Source: Betaproteobacteria bacterium | GTDB taxonomy: Bacteria; Pseudomonadota; Gammaproteobacteria; Burkholderiales; SG8-39 | Reading direction: 5' to 3' | DNA: 64,000 nt | NCBI GenBank assembly: GCA_947479645.1 | Contig: CANKAJ010000001.1 | Span: forward strand, 10,009-74,008 | The notes under the pieces: generated by a model | Databases searched by the model: none | What the model was told of the DNA's origin: nothing | Seen by the model: only the letters and a program-made list of their open reading frames with translations | Translations under genes and position numbers: made by a program | Shown here: positions 26,798-35,956 of the stretch, in pieces | Numbering within the stretch: position 1 is the first letter of the stretch | Layout: the number at the start of each line of letters is the position of its first letter

Positions 26798-27778
26798 ATG
26801 ATGATTCGATTTGTGTTCGCCCTATTGCTTTGCATCCAAGCCAGCACTGGATTTGCCCAACAAAAACGTACGCTGTTACCGGGCTACCCATCCAAACCCA
26901 TTCGCGTGCTTGTAACCGTCGCGCCTGGCGGGGGGCTGGACATCATCACGCGCGCGGTCGCCAACAAACTTGGGGAGAGGCTGGCCTTTCCGCTTGTTGT
27001 CGACAATGTGAGCGGCGCCAACGGAGTCATTGCTGTGAATATGGCGATGTCAGCCTTGCCGGATGGCTATACGCTGCTCAGCACAGGCGGTTCATTACCC
27101 ATCAATACGGTTTTCAGGAAATTCGAGCAGGATGTTCGTCAGGGGCTGGCACCGGTTGCGCAGATGTGTTCCCAGCCTTACCTGATATTTGTCCCTGTTG
27201 CATCGAGCCTCAATTCTGTCAAAGACATGATTGCATACGCAAAAAGCAACCCGGGTAAATTGAATTACGGCTCTTCTGGTGTGGGTTCGGTAATTCATAT
27301 GGGGATGGAAGTCATTGAAGCCAATGCCGGTATAGACATGGTCCATGTAGCCTATAAAGGAAATGGTCCCGCCAACCTGGATCTCGCGGCAGGGCGGCTG
27401 GATATACTTATGGGATCAATTTCAGGTATTCAGCTCGTCCGAACGGGTAAAGCCAGGCTGATTGGTGTCGCAACGCCACAGAGGCTGTCTGATTATCCTG
27501 ACGTGCCAACGGTTTCTGAGTCCGGTCTCCTAAATTACGAATTGTCCAATACGTATAGCCTCTATGCACCCATAAGAACTGCGACCAGCATCATTGCGGG
27601 GCTGAATCGGGAAGTCATTGATTTACTGAGTGCCCCTGAACTGAAAGCCAAATTTGCGGCGGATTTTGCTACGGCAGCGCCTCCGCGCTCGCCCGAGGAG
27701 TTACGGAAAATATTGCTTTCGGATATTGAGCGCTGGGATGGCGTTGTCAAAAAGGCTGGCATAAAACTGGAAGAATAA
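26798..27778 (+). CDS. Bug/TctC-family periplasmic substrate-binding protein
   Basis: Signal peptide MMIRFVFALLLCIQASTGFA, then ...GYPSKPIRVLVTVAPGGGLDI. Tail ...WDGVVKKAGIKLEE. Confidence 0.9.
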   Translation: MMIRFVFALLLCIQASTGFAQQKRTLLPGYPSKPIRVLVTVAPGGGLDIITRAVANKLGERLAFPLVVDNVSGANGVIAVNMAMSALPDGYTLLSTGGSLPINTVFRKFEQDVRQGLAPVAQMCSQPYLIFVPVASSLNSVKDMIAYAKSNPGKLNYGSSGVGSVIHMGMEVIEANAGIDMVHVAYKGNGPANLDLAAGRLDILMGSISGIQLVRTGKARLIGVATPQRLSDYPDVPTVSESGLLNYELSNTYSLYAPIRTATSIIAGLNREVIDLLSAPELKAKFAADFATAAPPRSPEELRKILLSDIERWDGVVKKAGIKLEE

Positions 27779-27948
27779 GCCGTCCGGGGTCAATACCGGC
27801 CGTCAGGTATTCGTGTTGCTGAAAATATATTTAACGCTTTAAGCGTTCACTCTCACCGATCTCAATTTAACGCGCATAATGTATATTATGTTAAGTAATG
27901 AATTAGGCGAAATTATTTAATATCAAAAACTTAAGCGTAACTCACTCA

Positions 27949-28602
27949 TTACTCCTTCGCGCCAGCTAGCCTCAAGTGATCAGCAATATCAATGCGTCCG
28001 CTTCGAACTGCCCACTGCAAGGCAGTTGCGTTATCGCTGTTCTTGATAGTTAAATCCGCAACTTCCCATACCAATAGCTTCACAACATCAAGATGTCCGC
28101 CGCGTACGGCCATCATCAGCGATGTCGTGCCATTGGGCGATTTGGTGTCAATTTCAGCCCCTTTATCAAGAAGAAATTTGCACATTTCGAGTTTTCCAGC
28201 CCATGCACAATAATGCAAAGGCGACCATCCTGACGGATTGAGTTCGGCACCTCGCGAAATCAACAAGTTAGCTATATCTGTAGACCCTCCGAGGGCAGCA
28301 AACATTAAAGGTGTGTCACCAGCCGAATTTCTGTATAGAACCGAAGACTTCCTGCTCAGAAGCAGCCTAACCATATCAGTTAGACCTTCACGAGCCGCAA
28401 TCATTAGCAAAGTGTTTCCTTGCGGATCCGATGTATCCGGACTCATCCCTTGATTGAGCTTCTCACTAACGGTCTTGATATCATTTGCCAGAACCGCCTC
28501 AAGCAGACTCCTGAGCAAATCCTCTCCAATGGCCGGAGATATCGAACCTAAGCCCAGTGAAAATGCCACAAAAAGACTAATTAACAGATGCTTAAAACGC
28601 AT
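27949..28602 (-). CDS. periplasmic ankyrin-repeat protein
   Basis: Signal peptide MRFKHLLISLFVAFSLGLGSISPAIG, then repeated ...G.TPLM.AA..G..D.V.LLL..GA... units (at least 5). It starts 3 nt after the tatD stop. Confidence 0.85.
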   Translation of the reverse strand: MRFKHLLISLFVAFSLGLGSISPAIGEDLLRSLLEAVLANDIKTVSEKLNQGMSPDTSDPQGNTLLMIAAREGLTDMVRLLLSRKSSVLYRNSAGDTPLMFAALGGSTDIANLLISRGAELNPSGWSPLHYCAWAGKLEMCKFLLDKGAEIDTKSPNGTTSLMMAVRGGHLDVVKLLVWEVADLTIKNSDNATALQWAVRSGRIDIADHLRLAGAKE

Positions 28603-28605
28603 TAT

Positions 28606-29391
28606 TCAGATCGATTCTAGGTTTATCTTGAACAAAGAGCAGAAATTAGCTGAGGTTTCCTTCATAACCGACTCTATTGAAATACCTTTAATTCTTGCAA
28701 TCTCATTTGCTACATGACGTACATAAGCCGGTTGATTGGTTTTTCCTCGATGCGGTACCGGGGCCAGAAACGGCGCATCCGTTTCCACCATCATTCGTTC
28801 CAGTGGAATTTCTCTGGCGACTTGCTGCAATGCAGTGGCATTCTTGAACGTAACAATGCCGGAAAACGAAATATAGAAATTAAGAGCCAAGGCTGTCTGA
28901 GCCACTTCCAACGACTCAGTGAAGCAATGCATGACTCCCCCGACTTCTGAAGCCCCCTCTTCCCGCATGATTCTGAGGGTATCGGCCGCTGCATCACGGG
29001 TATGCACTATCAGCGGCTTTCGTGCTGCGCGCGCTGCTCGGATATGAATTCGAAACCGTTCACGTTGCCATTCAGGCGCATCCTTCTGCCAGTGGTAATC
29101 CAGGCCAGTTTCACCAATTCCCAGAATCTTGGGATGATCAGACAACTTCACCAGTTCTTCGACTGAAGTTTCCGTCCCTGGGGCGCCGGGTTCACGGTCG
29201 GGATGAATGCCCACCGTGGCATAGAAGTTTTCATACTGCTCTGCGAGCACCAGAACATTCGGGAAGTCAGTCAGATTCACACTAATGCAGAGTGCGTGGG
29301 TCACTCCATTAGCAAGCATGGCATGGCGCAACTGCGGAAGTTGAGCTGAAAGTTCAGGAAAATCAAGGTGACAATGTGAATCAATCAGCAT
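28606..29391 (-). CDS. tatD: TatD-family (YcfH-type) metal-dependent hydrolase/DNase
   Basis: MLIDSHCHLDF... at the N-terminus, ...IGETGLDYHW... and ...ETDAPFLAPVPHRGK.NQPAYV are TatD signatures. Confidence 0.9.
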   Translation of the reverse strand: MLIDSHCHLDFPELSAQLPQLRHAMLANGVTHALCISVNLTDFPNVLVLAEQYENFYATVGIHPDREPGAPGTETSVEELVKLSDHPKILGIGETGLDYHWQKDAPEWQRERFRIHIRAARAARKPLIVHTRDAAADTLRIMREEGASEVGGVMHCFTESLEVAQTALALNFYISFSGIVTFKNATALQQVAREIPLERMMVETDAPFLAPVPHRGKTNQPAYVRHVANEIARIKGISIESVMKETSANFCSLFKINLESI

Positions 29392-29397
29392 TATTGG

Positions 29398-30396
29398 CTA
29401 ACCCGTTTTATTAATCGTGCGCCGATATTCCAGGAAAATATCCTCAAAAAACAATTTTGCATTGAGCGGATGCTGCGACAAGCTCATGGCTTTTGACAGT
29501 CGATGGAGCAAATGTGTCAGCGCAATTGAATCCATCCGATTGGCCAGTTCAGTGATGGCATCCACCTCATGCGGGTGATAGCGAACTTTCCCGATACAGT
29601 TAACGCTAAGAAGATCGTAAGCCCATCGTTGCAGCCAACCTAGTACCAGGGAAATCTCCATGCCGTCACAAAGTTGCGCCAAAGCAATCGGATCAAATCC
29701 GGGGTTCTTAAGCCTGTCAATGAATCCAGACTGCGGCGCTTGTACCTGGGCAGCCTCAAGCGCTGCAATCGGGGCTCCGGCAGCCATCGCCAAAGCCGCT
29801 TCTGAGTTAGTAATTCCTTGTTCTTCAAGCCATTTCAATGACAAATCCAAGGGGGGAAGTGGTGTCGCGAGAATCTGGCAGCGGCTACGAACCGTTGGCA
29901 AGAGTCGTCTTGTACGGCTGCTTACCAGCAAAAACAAGGTTGCCGGCGGCGGCTCTTCGAGACTCTTAAGTAGCGCGCTTTGTGATGCCAGATTCATGGC
30001 ATCTGCGGGATCAAGCACAATAATCCGCAATCCGCCTCGATGCGTTCCAATTGCAAGGAAGCCTTCAAGTGCACGAATCTGTTCTATTCGAATCTGATCG
30101 CTTCTTTTCTTTTCCTTTTTTGCTGGAGACTCACTTTCAAGCTCCGGGGCCATGCTGTCCGGTTGAATCAGGCGGTAATCCGGATGATTTCCCTGTGCAA
30201 ACCAGTTGCAGGACTGACACTCCATACAGGGCAAGCCATTTCCTCCTGGAGCCTGACAAAGCAACGACTGTGCGAATGTTTCAGCGAGTAGCGAAATACC
30301 CAATCCGGGGCGCCCGGAAAGCAGCAGCGCATGAGGCAACTGCTCCCGCCTTGAGAGAAGTGGTTGCCAAGCTGTCATTTGCCAATCAAATAACAT
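29398..30396 (-). CDS. holB: DNA polymerase III subunit delta'
   Basis: ...LPHALLLSGRPGLGI..., the Zn-module C..C..C.SC..F..GNHPD, and ...SRCQ.... Sits in the conserved tmk-holB context. Confidence 0.85.
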   Translation of the reverse strand: MLFDWQMTAWQPLLSRREQLPHALLLSGRPGLGISLLAETFAQSLLCQAPGGNGLPCMECQSCNWFAQGNHPDYRLIQPDSMAPELESESPAKKEKKRSDQIRIEQIRALEGFLAIGTHRGGLRIIVLDPADAMNLASQSALLKSLEEPPPATLFLLVSSRTRRLLPTVRSRCQILATPLPPLDLSLKWLEEQGITNSEAALAMAAGAPIAALEAAQVQAPQSGFIDRLKNPGFDPIALAQLCDGMEISLVLGWLQRWAYDLLSVNCIGKVRYHPHEVDAITELANRMDSIALTHLLHRLSKAMSLSQHPLNAKLFFEDIFLEYRRTINKTG

Positions 30397-30402
30397 TTTT
30401 AA

Positions 30403-31011
30403 TCAGATTGATGACAAGATATTTTCAAGTTCTACTTGAATATTGGAAAGCGACCTATTTGCATCAATTAGCCGCATCCGTTTTGGGTGTTCCGAGACCC
30501 GGGCCAGATAGCTATTGCTTACGCGCTCAAAAAACGCGCGGTCCTGTTGCTCGAATCGGTCACCTTGCGTCCGATCTGCGCGCCGTGAGACTGCCACCTC
30601 CAATGGTACGTGGAATACCAAGGTCAGATCAGGCTGAAAATCGCCTTGTACCCAGCGTTCCAGTATGGCAATCCGTTCCATGGGCATTTGCCGCCCTCCT
30701 CCTTGATAGGCAAAAGTGGCATCGGTAAACCGGTCTGATATGACCCACTTTCCTGCTTCAAGGGCGGGCAGTATGACCTGGACAAGATGTTCCCGGCGTG
30801 CCGCAAACATCAGCAAAGTTTCCGTGTCGATATGCATGGACTCAGCCAATACCAGCGCTCGCAAAGCCTCACCAAGGGCTGTTCCACCAGGTTCTCGGGT
30901 CAAAACTACGTCAAGACCACGCGTGCGCAGGCGCTCCGCCAACCAGTTGAGGTGGGTACTTTTGCCGGCGCCATCGATTCCATCCAACGTGATAAATTTT
31001 CCGCGTGCCAT
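30403..31011 (-). CDS. tmk: thymidylate kinase
   Basis: MARGKFITLDGIDGAGKSTH P-loop, ...TREPGGT..., ...DRF..S..AYQG. Confidence 0.95.
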   Translation of the reverse strand: MARGKFITLDGIDGAGKSTHLNWLAERLRTRGLDVVLTREPGGTALGEALRALVLAESMHIDTETLLMFAARREHLVQVILPALEAGKWVISDRFTDATFAYQGGGRQMPMERIAILERWVQGDFQPDLTLVFHVPLEVAVSRRADRTQGDRFEQQDRAFFERVSNSYLARVSEHPKRMRLIDANRSLSNIQVELENILSSI

Positions 31012-31023
31012 ATGGGTATCAAC

Positions 31024-32031
31024 TCATTGATGTTTCAACTGAAATTTGGCCACAGCCCGATTATGCTCCTGTAGGGTACGGGAAAATGCACTTGAACCGT
31101 CTCCCCGGGCCACAAAATAAAATGCGTCCGTATTTGCCGGCACCAATGCCGCTTTCAATGCAGCCTGTCCAGGCATGGCAATGGGCCATGGAGGAAGGCC
31201 ATCCCGCATATAAGTATTGAACGGATGATCCGCCAGCAAATCGCGTTTTCGCAGATTTCCGTCAAACTTGCTGCCTAACCCATAAATAACCGTGGGGTCC
31301 GTCTGAAGCCGCATTCCAGCGCGCAATCGGTTCACAAATACGCCAGCAATCATGCTCCTATCCTCGCTGCGTCCCGTCTCTTTTTCGACGATGGACGCCA
31401 GAATCAAGGCTTCAAACGGCGAACGCAATGGCAGTCCAGGGGAACGCTGCGCCCACGCAGTTTGTAGCTGCCTTTGCATCGCCTGATGTGCTCGCGCCAA
31501 CACACTCATATCACTTTCGCCTTTGGCAAAGAGGTAAGTGTCCGGAAAAAACCAGCCTTCCGGTCTTACCCCTGGCGACCCCAGGCGGGACATGATTTCC
31601 TCATCACCGAGAGCATCACTCTCATGACGCAGATCAGGGTGCTCATGTAACGCTGATCGGATCTGCCGGAAGTTCCAACCCTCAATCAGAACAATTTCTG
31701 ATTGGCTGAAATCTCCGCGCGTGATCTTGCCGAGGATATCCCAAGGCGTTGCCCCTTCAGAGACTTCATAACTTCCCGCCTTGATATCCGTAACATGAGC
31801 AGTCACTCGGGCCAGCAAATTGAATTGCCATGCCGACAAATGCACCCCTGCCTGAATCATTTGGCGCGTTGCAGAGCGCAAGGAGCTGCCTGGTGCAATC
31901 GAGAAGGCCTGTGGCGATGCCGCCATGGGCGTGGGAGAGAACGCACCCCACGCCGTCCAGGCAGACAAAATCACTACAGCAAACAGTAGCAGAGCTAGTA
32001 GCCGCGTGAAACTTCTCCACATAGCCGTCAA
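31024..32031 (-). CDS. mltG: endolytic murein transglycosylase MltG (YceG-like)
   Basis: N-terminal TM helix, ...ASIVEKETG...ER..IAGVF.NRL...M.LQTDPTV.YG... YceG motif. Located upstream of tmk as in many proteobacteria. Confidence 0.9.
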   Translation of the reverse strand: MTAMWRSFTRLLALLLFAVVILSAWTAWGAFSPTPMAASPQAFSIAPGSSLRSATRQMIQAGVHLSAWQFNLLARVTAHVTDIKAGSYEVSEGATPWDILGKITRGDFSQSEIVLIEGWNFRQIRSALHEHPDLRHESDALGDEEIMSRLGSPGVRPEGWFFPDTYLFAKGESDMSVLARAHQAMQRQLQTAWAQRSPGLPLRSPFEALILASIVEKETGRSEDRSMIAGVFVNRLRAGMRLQTDPTVIYGLGSKFDGNLRKRDLLADHPFNTYMRDGLPPWPIAMPGQAALKAALVPANTDAFYFVARGDGSSAFSRTLQEHNRAVAKFQLKHQ

Positions 32032-32190
32032 TCAGAACCAATCTTCCCCGCCGCCGCAGAGACCCAATTTGTGCTGTAACTTAATCGAAATTCGACTGGT
32101 GGTCGTACCATTTCATCCTTCTGGCGGCTGTCTAACTGAATCGGTCGATATAATAACGCGTCGAGGCTTTCCAATCGTAGTGAAAATCCC

Positions 32191-33234
32191 ATGCAAATCG
32201 CTCCGCCACCCATTGCAAATGAATCAAGTACTCCGAATCCGGAGGGAAATGATGTTAAAACTGGGGATCCGATCGCTGAAATTTCAGCGGTCATTTCGGG
32301 CAGTTATGTCGCGCAATTATCGCAACTTTCCGTACTGGAATTCTCCGGAGCCGATGCCACGCCTTTTCTACAGGGCCAGTTTAGCTGCGATGTCGAACTT
32401 GCAGCCCGCAATGGCGTCAGTACCTATGGAAGCTATTGCACCCCGAAGGGCCGCATGCTGGCAAGCTTTTTACTAATACCCAGTGCTGCCGGCTGGTATA
32501 TGGTGTTGTCAAGCTCCATTGCAGCTTCCATTCAGAAGCGTCTTGGCATGTTTGTGCTGAGATCCAAGGTCAAAATTATTTCCGGCGCACAGACCTACTC
32601 ACTAATCGGGGTTGGCGGCTCTGATGCAGTGACTCGGCTTGGAGAATGGTTCACTGAAGTGCCCCTGGAACCACATCAGGTAAGTACCGGGAAGACCACG
32701 GAAGACCCGGAATTGACAATTATTTGCCTGCCTGGACAACGCTGGTTGATGATTTCTCCGACTGCAAGCACCAATAACATTTTTCGCGCAATTTCAACAA
32801 GTTTGAAAACCGTGGGTGTCGCGGCATGGGAATTGACTGATATTCGAAAAGGAATTCCGCTGATCACGGCCAAAACTCAAGAACAATTCATTCCGCAGAT
32901 GGCAAGCCTCGAATTGATCGGGGGAGTGAGTTTTAAGAAAGGGTGCTATCCGGGCCAGGAGATTGTTGCGCGGACCCAATATCTCGGCAAGTTGAAGCGC
33001 CGACTCTATCTTGCACACGTGGATGACGACGCAATGGCGGGAGATGAACTTCATAGTGATGATGTGCAGGGCCAATCGAATGGCATGGTGGTCAACGCGG
33101 CACCTGCCCCTGGAGGCGGCTGCGACGTGCTTGCTGTTGTTCAGGAAGACAGTGCAATTCATTCGCGGGTACATTTGCGCTCTGCCAACGGTGCCCTACT
33201 GCAATTCCTGCCACTCTCCTACCCCGTTTCGTGA
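32191..33234 (+). CDS. ygfZ: folate-binding Fe/S-cluster repair / tRNA-modification protein YgfZ
   Basis: ...FSGADATPFLQGQFSCDV... and the diagnostic C-terminal ...SFKKGCYPGQEIVARTQYLGKLKRRL (KGCY.GQE motif). Confidence 0.8.
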   Translation: MQIAPPPIANESSTPNPEGNDVKTGDPIAEISAVISGSYVAQLSQLSVLEFSGADATPFLQGQFSCDVELAARNGVSTYGSYCTPKGRMLASFLLIPSAAGWYMVLSSSIAASIQKRLGMFVLRSKVKIISGAQTYSLIGVGGSDAVTRLGEWFTEVPLEPHQVSTGKTTEDPELTIICLPGQRWLMISPTASTNNIFRAISTSLKTVGVAAWELTDIRKGIPLITAKTQEQFIPQMASLELIGGVSFKKGCYPGQEIVARTQYLGKLKRRLYLAHVDDDAMAGDELHSDDVQGQSNGMVVNAAPAPGGGCDVLAVVQEDSAIHSRVHLRSANGALLQFLPLSYPVS

Positions 33235-33250
33235 ACTGAATTATTTGACC

Positions 33251-33577
33251 ATGACCGCAAATATCTACGTCTACTACACGGTCTCAGATGTTCACATGAC
33301 GCTGGCACGTCAGGCTGTCATGCGCATTCTTTCAGAGATTCAGGGCAAGACGAACATACTGGGCCGCCTTCTTCGGCGTTGTGACGATCCGATGACATGG
33401 ATGGAGGTCTACGAGAATGTAGTCGACACTGAACACTTTAAACAAGAATTGCGTGAAGCTGTCATTCGTTGCGGATTCAATAATTCATTGCTGTCAGAAG
33501 GATCAGCTCGTGTGGTTGAAATTTTTGTCGAAGACGTACTGATACCCGGTGGATTAGAGGGCGTTCTATGTGCCTGA
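33251..33577 (+). CDS. DUF4936-like small protein
   Basis: The track ORF (33011) overlaps ygfZ. ATG 33251 gives MTANIYVYYTVSDV...LGRLLRRCDDPMTWMEVYENV, the pattern I recall for DUF4936 (from memory). Confidence 0.6.
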   Translation: MTANIYVYYTVSDVHMTLARQAVMRILSEIQGKTNILGRLLRRCDDPMTWMEVYENVVDTEHFKQELREAVIRCGFNNSLLSEGSARVVEIFVEDVLIPGGLEGVLCA

Positions 33578-34407
33578 TCCTGTTCGCCTATAAGGCCGTT
33601 CCCGGTGTGTCTCTGATCGTAGCGGCAAATCGCGATGAATGGTTTTTGCGACCTGCGAAGCCGGCTGGTTTTTGGGACGATGATTCAAGAGTACTGGCAG
33701 GTCGCGACATTCAGGCCGGAGGCACCTGGCTCGGCATCACGACTGGCGGACGATTTTCTGCATTGACCAATTTTCGAAACCCGAGCGATAAGCGAGACGA
33801 TGCGCCGTCGCGCGGGGATTTGGTACGTTCATTCCTGACCGGCAAGGACTCCCCTCGCAGTTACCTGGAATGTCTTTCTAAACATGCTGCCAGTTATAAC
33901 GGCTTCAGTCTACTGACCGGCGATACATCCAGGCTCTATTGTTATTCCAATCAGGACCCGAGACTGATTGAGGTAATGCCAGGGGTACATGGCCTATCCA
34001 ATCATCTGCTGGATACTCCCTGGCCAAAAGTGGTTAAGGGATGTGCAGGACTTAAGGCATTGCTAGATAAGCCATTTCGCGTCGGCGCCTACCTTGACCT
34101 GATGGATGACAGTGTTCCTGTCCAGGAACAAGCCATGCCGGGATCGGACGCAAATCCGGAATGGGAGCGGAGTCTTTCCTCCATGCGCATCATGAAGGGG
34201 AATTATGGTACTCGCTGCTCCACGGTATTAAGGGTAATGAATAATGGAGAAACTGAATTCTCTGAGCGAACCTATGACATCAAAGGTGATATTGCCGGTG
34301 AAGTCAATTACCGATTCAGGCTTAGCCATGGTCAAAGTCGTGACAAACTAATCTCATCTCCACGTGCGGAATCCCGGCTTCCAGAAAAGTCCCGCCGCAT
34401 TCGCTGA
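33568..34407 (+). CDS. NRDE-family (TANGO2-like) protein
   Basis: Starts MCLILFAY (N-terminal Cys after Met), then ...VAANRDEW..RP...A.FW.... The NRDE motif is present literally as ANRDE. Confidence 0.8.
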   Translation: MCLILFAYKAVPGVSLIVAANRDEWFLRPAKPAGFWDDDSRVLAGRDIQAGGTWLGITTGGRFSALTNFRNPSDKRDDAPSRGDLVRSFLTGKDSPRSYLECLSKHAASYNGFSLLTGDTSRLYCYSNQDPRLIEVMPGVHGLSNHLLDTPWPKVVKGCAGLKALLDKPFRVGAYLDLMDDSVPVQEQAMPGSDANPEWERSLSSMRIMKGNYGTRCSTVLRVMNNGETEFSERTYDIKGDIAGEVNYRFRLSHGQSRDKLISSPRAESRLPEKSRRIR

Positions 34408-34783
34408 AACCATGCTTGCGATAAAGCGAAGCCGCGGTTATCTGTGCATGTAGAACGATTTCATGCACGTTTGACTTTCGAGCATCAGCCAGCAGGGTGC
34501 ACAGAATCGCCGAGCCAACTCCGCAGTTTCTCCATGGTTTGAGTACCGCCATTCTTCCCAACCGGATCACACCCGCAGCATCAACGGGAAGAAGGCGACC
34601 AGTAGCAATGGCAGAACCCGGCAACAGCACAGCAACGGCATGAATGGAAAGAGCGTCCCACTCGTCCCATTCCAATTCTTCTGGTATGCACTGCTCTTCC
34701 ACGAATACGCAATGACGGATTGCACGAGCCAACATCTGAGCCTTGTGCCAGGACAACAACTGAATTGCGTAATTTGGTGCCAT
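34322..34783 (-). CDS. GNAT-family N-acetyltransferase
   Basis: ...IRLGRMAVLKPWRNCGVGSAIL... (R/Q-x-x-G-x-G/A acetyl-CoA motif) and ...LHAQITAASLYRKHGF. Confidence 0.8.
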   Translation of the reverse strand: MAPNYAIQLLSWHKAQMLARAIRHCVFVEEQCIPEELEWDEWDALSIHAVAVLLPGSAIATGRLLPVDAAGVIRLGRMAVLKPWRNCGVGSAILCTLLADARKSNVHEIVLHAQITAASLYRKHGFSECGGTFLEAGIPHVEMRLVCHDFDHG

Positions 34784-34863
34784 TTGCGCAAAGTATAATG
34801 AAGAATCTAATAAACGGAGAACTCTGGCCTGACACCAGGAGCAGGTGCACGCCCCAACTACCT

Positions 34864-35919
34864 ATGTCCTCACCTGTCCTTGCCGTGCAATGGCGCGGGA
34901 ATCAGCTGGATCTGATTGATCAGCGCAAGTTGCCAATCTACTTTGAAACAGTGCATTGCACGACAGCAGTGGAAGTTGCAACTGCAATTCGCGATATGGT
35001 GGTGAGGGGCGCGCCTGCCATTGGTTGCTCCGCTGCTTTTGGAATTGCCCTGGAAGCTCGCTTGCATGCGAAGGCAACTTTGGAAGTCTTTCATGCAGCA
35101 CTCGGTCTGGCGTTTACTCAGCTCGCGGCAAGTCGTCCCACCGCAGTCAATCTTTTCTGGGCACTGGACCGAATGCGCAAGACACTGGCTGAACTGCCTG
35201 TCCAGCAGGACCCGGCACATGCAGCCGATCAACTTGCCTTAGCAGCTCTCGCCATTTTCAATGATGACCTGGCAGGTAATCATGCCATGGGAAATTTTGG
35301 TGCGGAGCTGATTCCAGATGGTGCACGAATACTAACGCACTGCAATGCAGGGGCATTGGCTACAGCCGGACATGGCACGGCGCTGGGTGTCATACGCTCA
35401 GCACGCGACCAGGGCAAGCGTATATCAGTTATAGCCAACGAAACGCGCCCTTTGTTGCAAGGTGCAAGACTCACTGCCTGGGAATTGGCTGAAGAGAAGA
35501 TTCCGGTATCACTGGCGACCGACAGCATGGCGGGCTATCTCATGCGTGCCGGAAAGATAGATCTTGTCATTGTCGGCGCTGATCGAATTGCCTCCAACGG
35601 CGATACTGCGAACAAAATCGGAACCTATACAATGGCAGTTCTGGCGCAGCATCACGGAATTCCATTTTATGTAGCGGCGCCACTGTCCACCATCGATATG
35701 GCCATTTCCGACGGGAGCGCCATCCCTATTGAACAGCGCTCGCCGGAAGAAGTCACTGGATATGGCAATACACGCTGGGCGCCCACTGGAATAGACATCA
35801 TAAATCCGGCATTTGATGTCACGCCAGCCAGATACCTATCTGCCCTGATTACTGAGTACGGTGTTTTGCATAAACCGGATTCCAATGGTCTGCATCGACT
35901 TTTTCAACAACAGCGCTAA
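34864..35919 (+). CDS. mtnA: S-methyl-5-thioribose-1-phosphate isomerase
   Basis: ATG 34864 gives MSSPVLAVQWRGNQLDLIDQRKLP.... ...VRGAPAIG..AAFG..., ...THCNAGALAT...GTALGVIR... and ...VGADRIA.NGD.ANKIGTY are MtnA/eIF-2B-family motifs. Confidence 0.9.
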   Translation: MSSPVLAVQWRGNQLDLIDQRKLPIYFETVHCTTAVEVATAIRDMVVRGAPAIGCSAAFGIALEARLHAKATLEVFHAALGLAFTQLAASRPTAVNLFWALDRMRKTLAELPVQQDPAHAADQLALAALAIFNDDLAGNHAMGNFGAELIPDGARILTHCNAGALATAGHGTALGVIRSARDQGKRISVIANETRPLLQGARLTAWELAEEKIPVSLATDSMAGYLMRAGKIDLVIVGADRIASNGDTANKIGTYTMAVLAQHHGIPFYVAAPLSTIDMAISDGSAIPIEQRSPEEVTGYGNTRWAPTGIDIINPAFDVTPARYLSALITEYGVLHKPDSNGLHRLFQQQR

Positions 35920-35956
35920 GCCGAGCAGAAAGGACGCAAATGCCGTTAACAGCAAG

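Noticed and set aside
32274-32289. Perfect 16-nt palindrome CGCTGAAATTTCAGCG inside the 5' part of ygfZ
   Set aside because: By my rough estimate (64,000/4^8), about one perfect 16-nt palindrome is expected by chance in 64 kb. It lies in coding sequence and has no flanking context suggesting a site.
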